From Octopus bimaculoides (Eukaryota), in the NCBI RefSeq assembly GCF_001194135.2, contig NC_068996.1:35557161-35598128 (forward strand): DNA of 40,968 nucleotides, written 5' to 3'. A program made the translations under genes and the position numbers. Below the pieces are notes generated by a model. It was not told the DNA's origin and searched no databases. It saw nothing but the letters and a program-made list of their open reading frames with translations. How positions within the stretch are numbered: the stretch's first letter is position 1; the number at the start of each line of letters is the position of its first letter. Below, in pieces: positions 29,437 through 40,221 of this stretch.

Positions 29437-29886
29437 ATGGCTAGTGGTTAGAGAAATTAAGGCCAACAGGTCAGATATAGTTGTCAGGGATCATGAAGGG
29501 AAAAAGAAAAAAAAAATGCTTTCTAATTGATGTATCAATACCATCAGATGACGTTTCTCTAAAAGAAATGGAGAAACTTTCAAAATACAAAGACCTGGAA
29601 ATAGAGGTAACTCGAATGCGGCGTCTAAAAGCAGAGACAATTCCTATCATAGTAGGTGCCTTAGGTATAATAAAAAAGTATTCAGACAAATACATAACAA
29701 AAACACCGGGACTTACAAATATATATAACATACAGAAAATTGCACTACTGGGTACTGCACACATTCTACGCAAAACACTTTCAATACAGTAAACATAAGA
29801 GCACTACAGCAAACCACAGCACATACCCAAGGCACACAGAGCTGAGCTCGGTAATGAAGTGAATGCACGTTATAAAAATAAAACGA

Positions 29887-29889
<3 letters not shown>
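29437..29889 (+). mobile_element. R4/Dong-like non-LTR retrotransposon 3' fragment (RLE endonuclease domain and 3' UTR)
   Basis: REIKANRSDIVVR...CFLIDVSIP...KEMEKLSKYKDL...IIVGALG...LLGTAHILRKTL is a PD-(D/E)xK-type C-terminus; it ends at an (AAT)n tract. Confidence 0.8.
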
Positions 29890-29923
<34 letters not shown>

Positions 29924-30060
29924 TCGAAAGATACCTTAGGAATGAGAACCCAGGTTCGAAATTTCCCCAAGACACCTGATGAAGGCTGGAGGGTATATAA
30001 GCCAAAACATTGTGTTGACAACAAACAAGATGAGGACAAATATCCATCAAATGTAAATAA
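29890..30060 (+). mobile_element. Hammerhead-motif element, copy D
   Basis: (AAT)11, atcgaaagataccttagg..., gacac-CTGATGA (29976-29982)-a-ggctg..aagcc-AAAA-catt-gtgtt; reverse-complement homologue of copy C. Confidence 0.8.
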
Positions 30061-30431
30061 TGCCTAAATATATGTTCTTTAGTCGTTGGAGTGCAGCGAT
30101 GCTTGGGTACCACTTTGTAGGATATATATGTATATATAGTCAATTTACATAAACACTAGTATGGCTCAAAAATTACATAAACACCAGTAAGGCTCAAAAG
30201 CAATGTATCACAGTGTCAAATACAACATATTGTCTCCCAGTCATTTTAATTATACTGTTCACTTGCCTGTCTCTTTATGTAGATATATAATGTCACCAAT
30301 GCTGTGTCTTTAAAGCAGTGGTAGGCAAGATCAAAGAAAGGAACTGCCACCACTTCTGTTGCTTCCACTTCCTATTCCTTCTCTTTTACCTTCCACTTTT
30401 TGCACGCTGCCGCCACCACATGCTTTTCTGA

Positions 30432-30618
30432 TACATGGTTGATTCTACCAGTAGTCATATGTTTGTCTCAAAAGCTTAAGCCATGCAAGTTCATGCCATA
30501 AATGAATGGTGAAACCCTCAGACAGCTCAGGAATTATACCTCATCCTTTGGGCCTTTTTTCCTCAACACAATGAAAGTGGACAACTGTGGCAATTGTAGC
30601 ACTAAATCATGCAACCAA
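30432..30618 (+). pseudogene. Decayed fragment of the 5' end of 18S rRNA
   Basis: tacatggttgattctaccagtagtcatatgtttgtctcaaaagcttaagccatgca vs the universal TACCTGGTTGATCCTGCCAGTAGTCATATGCTTGTCTCAAAGATTAAGCCATGCA; downstream ggtgaaacc and ggacaactgtggcaattgtagcactaaatcatgc match GGATAACTGTGG.AATTCTAGAGCTAATACATGC in the right order. Confidence 0.85.
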
Positions 30619-30667
30619 AAAGATTGTACCCAAGCTCCAGGCCAACCGATTATCCATCCACACATTT

Positions 30668-30708
30668 TACTGGTTTCAGCCATTGAACTACAGCTATGCT
30701 GAGGCATC
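30668..30708 (-). mobile_element. Old family A SINE/CR1-type 3' tail remnant
   Basis: tactggtttcagccattgaactacagctatgctgaggcatc aligns with 5950-5990. Confidence 0.5.
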
Positions 30709-32235
30709 AAGTAATTTTAGCCAGTCATATGGATCCAACTTCTTATTTCAGTATGATACTTAGTTGACAGTCTAAATTAGATTTTTGACCTGGTAAGATA
30801 AAATCATTAAACATGAACTCATATACACAAACTCAAGTATATATGTGACAGGTTTACATTTTCTGTTTGGCATATAGTTACCTCTGGTTACTATCTCCAT
30901 ACACATTACCAATTTAGCATCGCTATATGAAATCTATCTATTCTGTTACCTATATGTAATGAGAAGCTACTTATCAAGCAGCAGTGGGAGACTTCTGAAG
31001 ATTTTTAATTCGATAACCTGGTTACAGTTTTAATACATATATATAAATGTTATAGATTATACGGAAGTCAAATGTCTTAGAGTTAATAAGTTTCAATTAT
31101 GGATGTTTGAGAAAAAAAAGAAAAAATTTACATTAGATTTCAAGTAATAATTGAAAAATTACATATAAATATTGTCATTACCACTAGGCCTTCATTTTAG
31201 ATAATTTGTTTTCATTAATCCAAACAGTATTTGTGATGTGAGAAATTTAATGGTTGTGAAATGAAAATGTGCTATTTTGTGGGTTTTATTTTAAATTTAT
31301 TGTCATAACTTCCCAAAGATAAAAGAAATTTCATTTTTACCAAATAGAAAATATGAGAATTTTTTCAATTTATTGATTATGCTTCTTAAGACTGTCATAA
31401 TTACTTTTTTTTTCAATCAGTTTTTTTTAATTATTTTTTTTTATTAATTATATCAGTTAAGCTGTACATGTATGTGAGAAAAAGTATTTGAAATGTTGAA
31501 ATAAAAATTTGTGCTAATGCCATTCTCCAATAAAACTTGCCCTCTATCTCCCTGCTTTATTTTTCTTACAAAATTGTGTAAGAATAGGCTTAAAATAATA
31601 TTGTGTATATATTCTAAAGTATTAACAAATGATGATAAATAATAACCTAATAAAGACATTTGCAAAAAACAAAAACAAACTATTTCTTGTATATTTTTTT
31701 CCATAATTTTTAGATTTCATAAACATTCATGATAAATTCATATTTATTTTCCACTTAGAAAAGAGAAAAAAAATGCAAATATTTCTATTAAGTAAGAGTT
31801 GTAGCTTTTTTTTTTTTTTTTTTTTTCCTTGTGTGTCTTCTGACTAATCTTTCAGTCCACTATCATGATGTAAGCATTTTATGGCTCATTTTGTCTTGTT
31901 CATTTCACACAACATATTCTTTTCTCACTATGTCATATATTAAGTGCATGGCAGATAAAATGAAAATTATAACACCATGTACAACTACAACAACACAAAT
32001 ATATTGGGCAAGTCCTAATTATCATTTATTATTATTATTACTATTATAACTTTAATCGACTTTATTTGTTGTGATTTGTTTAATGGCACATTCATTTAAG
32101 TACACTTTTTTTTTCTTCTTAAAACAGTAGCCAGTGACTTACAATGTCATTTCACTATGATTGTAATATTAAAATATTTGGAGATTTTTTTTATGTCTTG
32201 TAGTAACCAATGCTATAGTTACTACTGGCACTTCA

Positions 32236-32280
32236 AATAAAGCTATTTGTAATGTGATGCTTTTGTTTTATATTTTTTAT
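32236..32280 (+). terminator. Candidate polyadenylation signal with U-rich downstream element
   Basis: AATAAA at 32236-32241 followed by ttttgttttatatttttt, at the end of about 1.3 kb of U-rich sequence with no recognised repeat. Confidence 0.4.
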
Positions 32281-32465
32281 ATTTAGATTTGAAATTGATA
32301 TTTACAGTGTGCATGTGTGTATAAATTATGAATTTTTTTTTCTGTATTTTTGCTTTTTCTCTACATTTCTTTATAGTTTGTTATTCATGTTCAACAAATG
32401 TCTCGCCACTGGGCATGGATTTTGTTTGTATATATATAATGTTTCATTGCCATTTAATATACATT

Positions 32466-32640
32466 TTCCATGCTGGCATGGGTTAGATGATTTGACTGGA
32501 GCTGGTAAGTTGAGAGCTGCAGCAGGTTCCAGTTGTCTGTTTTGATCTGGTTTTACAGCTGGATGCCATTTCTAACACAAGTCATTCTACAGAGTGTACT
32601 GGGTGTCTTTTAGGTGTCACCAGCACTGGCCACATGTCTT
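32466..32640 (-). mobile_element. Diverged family C SINE copy
   Basis: tttccatgctggcatgggttagatg...tacagctggatgcc... Confidence 0.65.
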
Positions 32641-33245
32641 CTCAAGCACATGTATATAATTTTTTTGTTGTTGGCAGCCAGAAAGAAAAGAGTACTCGGT
32701 ACCGTAGTAGAGATTAATAATGTTTTGTTTTAATTGTAATTTGTCTGAAGTCCCTGTGCACCAACAGGTGAGACTTGAGTTAGCAAGAGATTGCTTCAAC
32801 TATATATATATATATATATATATATTAGATATTAAATCATATGGTATACACCTGGTAGCTTACCGGCAAAGCATGTTCACTTTCACAGTTTGATTGATGA
32901 GAATGGAAGATATGAGAATGTTTATTGATCACTACAATTATTTCGACCCATCTAGCATCGATCCCTCATGGGTGAGATTCTAAACAACAGTTGTAGTTAT
33001 TAATAAACTTTCACATTAATCAAATATGTATATAGTCAGACTCAGTTCCTCCTTGTGGTATTACCTTGGACAAGTGTCTTCTATACCCTGAGTGAAAACT
33101 ATGAACTCAAGAATCACATACAGATCGACAAAATCCGTATGTGTCAAATGTGCAGGTGCAATGAATACTATGGCTGTAATTAGCAGAACTACATATTTCA
33201 ACCCTTTCTCTACTGTTACACTCTTCCTTTGAGTCACTTTCTTTA

Positions 33246-33408
33246 GACACCTGTCATTAACATATTTATCTTCCACCACATCCACCTTCATTTGCTACTC
33301 ACTACATTCACCTGTCTATACCTCCTTTTGACACCTGTCATTAACATTTATCTGACACCACACACACCTCTTTGTTTGCTACTCACTACATTCACCTGTC
33401 TATACCTC
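33246..33408. repeat. Tandem duplication, 2 copies, period about 84 bp
   Basis: gacacctgtcattaaca...tttgctactcactacattcacctgtctatacct at 33246 and 33330. Confidence 0.8.
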
Positions 33409-34189
33409 TGACCATCTTCACCCTATCTCTGTCCATCTCTAACCTTAACGAATCAACTCCTCATCTCCATATCTCACAACCCTCGTCCATCTACTGTATT
33501 ATTATTCTACTACTGCTATACATCCTTTCTGTAGTGCTAGTTGACTTCCTCTCATATTTATCATTGATCACCACTCTTTTTTCACCATTTACCCTACCCC
33601 TATTTCTAACCGTTTTTTACTCTCCCACATATTCATGTAACTTTTACCCACTCACTTTTCTGATCATCTAGTGCATTGAGAGTGTGCTCTGACACTATCA
33701 CCATTCTCTCTCTCTCTCTCTCTCTCTCTCTGCTTGTATATAATGTATGGAACCATATATTTTCTGTACAACAAACCTGTTCCTGTCCCTCCTATCATAC
33801 TTACTTTCAGCTCTCAATGCCACACATAAAATCACCTCCTCCTCCTCTACCATCATTTGGTTGGAATCTTATGGTCACCTCACTAGTCTGGTGCTGTCAA
33901 AAAAGTACTTAGCAGAATGGTTGATCTTAAGATCACCCAACCTTAGAAACCATACCAAAACTGAGACAATAGCACAAGGCATGGCTCTTTAACCTGTTGG
34001 ACCCTGCAAACTGTCTGATTCATACTAGCATGGAAGGTGGATAAAATATGACAATGGCATGGTTTTATACATTCAGTCAGTACTCAGCAGTTGTGTCATT
34101 GTTTGCAAGACTCAGCATTCTTGAATCTAACCTCACCTCTTATTGCTACATTTTACGCTTTTTCCTATTTTGAGATAACAAGTGGAATT

Positions 34190-34570
34190 TATCAAGGTGA
34201 TGGATTGGCAGAATCATTAACATTTCTTCTAGTTCTTTATGTTCTGAGTTCAAGTTGTACCAAGATCATCTTTGCCTTTCATCCTTATGGGAATGATAAA
34301 ATAAAGTACCAGTCAAGTACTGAGTTAATGTAATTGACTCATAAAAATTGCTGGCCTTGAGCGAAAATTAGAATTTTTATATCAAGGTGAAGAGTTGGCA
34401 GATTCATTAACACACCAGATAAAATGCTTTGTTGCATTAAGTACTAGTTGAGCTCTTCAGATTCTGCCAAGGTCGACTTTACCTTTCATCCTTTTGGGGT
34501 CAATCTAATCAATTGGCTCCCTCCCCCAAAATTTCAGCACCATGCGCCTATAGTAGAAAAGGATATCATT
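34190..34570 (+). mobile_element. Two tandem family D SINEs
   Basis: atcaaggtga..ttggcaga.tcattaac heads at about 34190 and 34381; tttcatcctt cores. Confidence 0.7.
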
Positions 34571-35104
34571 AAAATGAGGAAAAGAAGGTAGCACCAGTGA
34601 ATGAAATTTGCAGAGGGATGCTTACAAGTTTGATGGTTCACATTGATTCAATTGTCATTGCTCAGCTTGAATGTGGAGGTCTTTTTAGGGTTGGTGTCTA
34701 CAGGAAAAATATATGGATCAGCAAGGAAGTCTGTACAGAGATTGGATGAGAAGCTAGAAATAGATAGCAGCCAAATTTCAACTTATAACCTGTATTCTGA
34801 AAAAAAAAAAATTGGCATTCCTAGATACTCTGTCTGGCAATCAGGCAAGATGGTCATTGTTAGAATGCCCTTAATAATGATGAACTCAGTTAAAGCAGCT
34901 AGAACTAAATAATACGCTACAGAGGGAGGCGACTATGCAGTATGAGATTACTTAGCCTGCTAGAAATAACAGCCAATTTTCAAATTATACCCTATCTTAA
35001 AAAAATTAAATGGATACTTTGAAGGTGGTCTTGGATGCAATATAACTGGATTGTCATGGAAAGAATGCGTTTGATCAGGACCAAAGAACAATTGTGTTAC
35101 TGAA

Positions 35105-36053
35105 TTAACCCTTAAATGGCAGACATCAATTGTTTCAAAAATTTTACATGGATACAGCTATCATCAATTAATGCTCACAAGCCTACTTTTCTAATGCACC
35201 TAGGTGTAAAGTGGCCTTTATTGATGTCAGAAATGAAAGAATTACACAGCAATGAAGATTTTTTTCTGACTTACCTCCTTTATCATCAGAGGAAGTAAAT
35301 GATGATGTTTTAGATAGCACAGAAGAAACTGATGCTTCAACCAGCTCTGAATGGAAGAAGTGCACCAATTATATCTCTATTCGTACATTAGTTTTGACAA
35401 CAACAATGTGGGAATCTCAGATGAATTTATGCTCACACTGGATGCAAAGGAAAGTGATCATTTTAAGGCACTATTCAATAATGAGATAAATATTAATGTG
35501 CAAGATACTAATTTACCCATAAGAAAAAAAGATTTTTTTTTATTTTGCCCATTTGGTACACACATTCATGGATTAATCACCAGTAATTTACTGGTGAAGG
35601 TTCATAGCTTCAATTCCTGAACCAGATAGTTCATCATGTTCTTCAGCAGAACACTTCGTTCCATGTTACTTCAGTTCACTCTACTATAAATTTATTCCAG
35701 CAATTGCTTGGAAGTTAACCCTGCAACAGACCAACATCCTGTTCACTTACTACAGAAACCAGGTGAAACTCTGACTTCATGAGTCTTGGGGCTGATGACA
35801 AACCTAAGTCTCAATAATTAATTGCAGAACTGTTGCCAGTTCTGCAGTTTGTCCACATAAATTTGTGCCCTTGAAATTATGATAGTAGAATATAAACACC
35901 AAACTGGTATACACAATTGTATTATTGTCTTTCATGTTTCTGGATTTGAAATTAAAGTTGCTTTTCACTCTTCCAGAGTCTGTAAAAGAACTGAAAGACA
36001 ATCCACGTTTTAGGGTGCTGTCATACAACAACAGTAGCCATACAATGAGTTAA
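35105..36053 (+). mobile_element. Possible very old piggyBac-like element
   Basis: TTAA at both ends (35105, 36050) with weak inverted similarity (ttaacccttaaatggc vs ttaactcattgtatggc); acidic fragment SSEEVNDDVLDSTEE; Cys-rich fragment near 35830. Weak. Confidence 0.3.
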
Positions 36054-36160
36054 ACCCAAAGATACACATTGCCTGGTGAAAAAAATGTATGAGGGAATAA
36101 AAAGTATTGATTTCTAACATAGGAAGAAGGCTTCATTTGGTGTGGCTTAAATATTTAAGC

Positions 36161-36773
36161 CCGGGGTTCTCAACCATTTTTTGCTTATGGACCCCTTTTG
36201 ATTATCACCTTACTCTGGTGGACCCCCATAGCCATTCGATGTTTAAAAACTAGTTTTACAGATACTTTCAAAATTTGTATTTTGCTTTTCACACATTTAA
36301 CTTGTGTAGGTTTGCATTAAAAATCTCAGAGAACATGTTTCAGAGGTGAGAAACACGTTAATCTATGTAAAATGTTAGAGAAAGAAACCTAACTGATTCT
36401 TGTAATAAATACACTTAAACCAAAATAAATATAATAATAATAAATAAATTTATCAATCCAGTTTGCATTGAATGTTTTTTTTATCAATTACAATAAGTAA
36501 AGATTACAAAAAAATTTTTTTTTTTTTTCAGAATTGCATAAAAAATCAGATTAAGCCCTTTGGCAGCTTGGCTGATTTGGGCAAGTTGGTAAGAGGTCAA
36601 AAAATAAATAGGTCAGTAATTATTAACAAAAAAGGAAACATCCTTTGTATGCAAACAAGGCTGTCAAAAATGTAAGTCTGGAAATATAAAATATAAATAC
36701 TCTAGGTCTAAAATAAAGTTTATAAATGAGCTCAGAAATGAATTTTTTAATGGACCCCGGTTGAGAACCACTG
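36161..36773. mobile_element. hAT (Charlie-like) non-autonomous element
   Basis: TIRs ccggggttctcaacc / ggttgagaaccactg (13/15); 8-bp flanks atttaagc / atttagac (6/8). Confidence 0.75.
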
Positions 36774-36830
36774 ATTTAGACTAAGCCTGGTAAACCAAAA
36801 GGTATACATACTATGGTGAAAATATATATA

Positions 36831-37207
36831 AGTGGCTGTGTGGTAAGAAGTTTGCTTTCCAACTACATGGTTCTGGGTTCAATCCCACCGCATGGCACTT
36901 GTGCAAGTGTTTTCTACAATAGCCCTGGACTGACCAAAACTTTGTGAGTGTATTTGGAAGACTGAAACTGAAAGAAGCCCATCATGTGTATGTGCATGTT
37001 TTGTATTGATATTTGTTTCCTACCACCACTTGACAACTGGTTGTTGGTTTCTCTATGTCCACATAAGATAGCAGTTCAGCAAAAAGAGATTAATAGAATA
37101 AGTATCAGGTTTTAAAAAATAAGAACTGGGGTTGATCTGTTCACAAAACACTTCAAGGTGGTGCTCCAGCATGGTTGTCCAATGGCTGAAATAAGTAAAA
37201 GATAAAA
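36831..37207 (+). mobile_element. Family A SINE, near full length
   Basis: tRNA-like head gtggctgtgtggtaagaag...gggttcaatccc, shared body, tail ggtggtgctccagcatgg...ctgaaataagtaaaag. Confidence 0.85.
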
Positions 37208-37413
37208 ATTTATAAGGAAACCAATATTGATTTCTTACAGGGAAAGGCTTCATTTGGCAGGGCTTAATTGATTAGAGTGACCCAGTACTTAACTGGTACT
37301 TCAGTTTATTGATTATGGAAGGATCAAAGTTCATCTTGGCAGGATTGGAACTTGAAACAATAAAGTATGCAACTAAATACAAGAAATTTTGTCTACCAAT
37401 CCTCTGCCTTCTA

Positions 37414-37793
37414 TCAACCCTTTAGCATTTAAACTAGCCATATCTGGCTCAAATACTCTACTTGTTTTATGTTCAAACTGTCCAGGTCTGGCCTTTCACA
37501 CCTACCTTACAATCATCATCATCATCATCATCGTTTAACGTCCGCTTTCCATGCTAGCATGGGTTGGACGATTTGACTGAGGACTGGTGAAACCGGATGG
37601 CAACACCAGGCTCCAATCTAATTTGGCAGAGTTTCTACAGCTGGATGCCCTTCCTAACGCCAACCACTCAGAGAGTTCTAAAAATAAACATCATTATAAT
37701 CATGAAGCTTTCAGATAATGCATGATTAATTCAAAACAATATGAGTGAATAAGCAATAGATTTGACAGGATAATCCAAATGCTAAAGTGTTAA
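37414..37793. mobile_element. piggyBac-like MITE interrupted by a family C SINE
   Basis: TIRs ccctttagcattt (37418-37430) / aaatgctaaagtg (37777-37789), 12/13, flanked by TCAA / TTAA. Confidence 0.75.
37514..37676 (-). mobile_element. 5'-truncated family C SINE nested in the MITE
   Basis: Two mismatches to 8462-8604 over about 143 nt. Confidence 0.9.
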
Positions 37794-38414
37794 GCATTGT
37801 TCCAGCTCTTTGCACTTTGAGTTCAATAAGACAGTGAGTTGGCACAGTCATTAAGACATTAGATAAAATGACAATGGTTTTGGCCTGAAACTGTGATCTT
37901 AAGTTCAAATCTCACTGAGGTCAACTTTGCCTTTTCATTCTTTTGAGGGACAATAAAAAGTACTAATTCAGGACAGTAGATTGGTAGAATAGTAAGAACA
38001 TTAGACTATATAGCTTGTGGTGTTCTTGTTCTTTGCATCCCACCATATCCTAGACTTAATCCACTGCCTGATTATGACTGGCACCTGAATGCTCTTAGTA
38101 GAGTCCATTCTGTTGTAAACATTCAAGCCAGGTTTCTCTCTAATTTGAGGATATCTTTCTCAGTCCGATCCCAGGGACCCTGTGAAGAGTCACATACACA
38201 GCCTTTCCCTTCTGACTAAAATATTAAATAAATAAAATCTTTTATCCTTTCACAAAGTTTCAGCTAGTTTGTTGTGGTTATGCTGGGATGTGACAATCAG
38301 ATGCTGATATGAGCTGGATACACGCTGGAGTTACAGTTGAAAAATCTATTCATTCATCAATCTCTCTGAACATCCATCCATCTTTCTGTCCATCAGTCAA
38401 TTAATCAACCCATC

Positions 38415-38650
38415 CAACCACTATACCTGGTAGGTTCATGGGGGTAGAGTCCTTGGGTGGCTCTTCCACAGAGTCCTATTAAAAACAACTGTCTTTACAC
38501 TTTCCTGTAGAATTTCCAAGCACGACCAGCTGAGATCATGGATATTATCCAACCATCTTGTTCTTGCTCTACCCTTAAGTCTCCTGGTGGCTGGCTTGGT
38601 TCGAAGAATCCATCTTGCGATTAATTAATTGTAAAAATGCAGTAGGTTAG
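38415..38650 (-). mobile_element. RTE-like LINE 3' remnant
   Basis: Minus-strand translation RRLKGRARTRWLDNIHDLSWSCLEI resembles the RTE C-terminal RGRPRTRW..I.DL.W motif. Confidence 0.5.
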
Positions 38651-39046
38651 GTATGTTCTTTGATGAATACACTAATTATACACTTCAAACAATATAATTA
38701 TTTTGTGATGAGCAGGAATGATGATTACTTCACTATTTTTACTAATAAATTCTCTAATAAGATCTTTACCTAGTATGAATTTATTATAGCTTTGGTATCA
38801 ATATATATATGTAAATATATTGTCCAAAATGTACAGTATTATATATCCATCATGGCTGATCTTACCAATTGGTTTTACTCAAGGAATACAATGGAGTGTT
38901 AGGTAACAATCTGATTATATAACCTAACGCTCCTCTGAATTAGCCGATATATCAGATAATATACCCACTCTATTGACAGATATATGAGTGCATCTTTTCC
39001 CTGACTTATAGACTCTTAGATGACCCATGTACATATATATATATAT

Positions 39047-39190
39047 CATCATCGTTTAACATTCCTTTTTCCATGCTGGCATGGATTGCATGGTTTGACA
39101 AGAAGACAAGCCCAAGAGCTCCATCAGGTTCTATATCCGTTTTAACATGGTTACTACAGCTGGATGCCCTTCCTAATATTAACCACTTAA
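39047..39190 (-). mobile_element. Diverged family C SINE copy
   Basis: catcatcgtttaac...ttccatgctggcatgg...tacagctggatgcccttcctaa. Confidence 0.7.
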
Positions 39191-39772
39191 CAGAGTATTA
39201 ATTGCTATTTAAACTGTCCTTGTGGATGGTCAGTGGATTGGCTTTTGTACTGAAGAAGGATCAAAATCTCTTGATATATGCATATACATCCCTTACCTAC
39301 TTTTCTATCTTCAATCGCATTGTTGACATACACATATCTATATACATGATGTTGTAACTTCTAGTGCTGGTTCTAGTTTTTATAGAAAATCTATGCAGAT
39401 AACTTTAAACAAAAAGGGACTTAACAGAATGTACTGGGTACACTTTACATGGCACCAGTACCAGTGAGGTTGCCAAGTGCCTGCAAGATAAGGCCCTTCA
39501 ACCAAGTGGGATATAGAATGGAGAAAGAAACTATGAGAGATGGAAAGGAGCAGGTCTCTTGCTCAAGAAGTAAATATATATACAATAGTAATAATAACAA
39601 TCCATAGATGGAATTAATAAGTATTTTAATGCATTGCCTGATGAAATGAATATGATCCACCCGATGTCCATGGATACTATGGACTGTACTGTAATCATCC
39701 CGGGAATACGGACTGTGACCTGTTGAAACGCACATAGCAATGCATTAAAATATTTATAAATTTTATCCGCAG

Positions 39773-39934
39773 ATTATTACCTCTGCCTTAGTGAAGGTGG
39801 AGGTATTGTTTTCAGTCATGTTTGTTTGTTTGTTTGTCTGTGGACAAGATATCTCAAGAGCCGCTGGATGGATTTGGATGAAACTTTCAGGGATATTTGG
39901 CCTCATGACTGGCACGAACTGATTAGATTTTGGG
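39773..39934 (+). mobile_element. Helentron-associated (HINE/DINE-1-like) non-autonomous element, 5' part
   Basis: attattacctctgcc..ggtggagg imperfect hairpin, then (GTTT)n, then ggatggatttggatgaaactttcagg...gattagattttgg: the recalled HINE layout. Not searched. Confidence 0.45.
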
Positions 39935-39973
39935 AACACAAACACGCAAACATTCATACACATACATATATAC

Positions 39974-40046
<73 letters not shown>

Positions 40047-40208
40047 ACAGGCTTCTTTCAGTTTCTGTCTATCAAATCCACTTGCAAGGATTTGGTTGGC
40101 CTGAGGCTATAGTAGAAGACACTTGCCCAAGATGCCATGCAGTGGAACTGAATCCGGAACCATGTAGCTGGTAAGTAAGCTACTTACCACACAGACACTT
40201 CTGTGCCT
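40047..40208 (-). mobile_element. Family A SINE 5' half
   Basis: Reverse complement of the 36831-36980 type sequence; ends in a TA tract. Confidence 0.8.
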
Positions 40209-40221
40209 GTATATATCATTT

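Noticed and set aside
33246-33408. Repeat-spacer appearance (also 1249-1396) suggesting CRISPR
   Set aside because: Only two diverged units, no unique spacers, no cas genes, and a eukaryotic context: simple tandem duplications.
36109-37268. About 40-bp direct repeat at 36109-36150 and 37228-37268, resembling LTRs or a long TSD
   Set aside because: The second copy continues into a decayed minus-strand family D SINE; both are best read as SINE tail remnants.
38770-39000. Possible NUMT or Dong-like remnant (GALGY on the minus strand)
   Set aside because: Only a five-residue resemblance and no extended match to mitochondrial or RLE sequence by eye.
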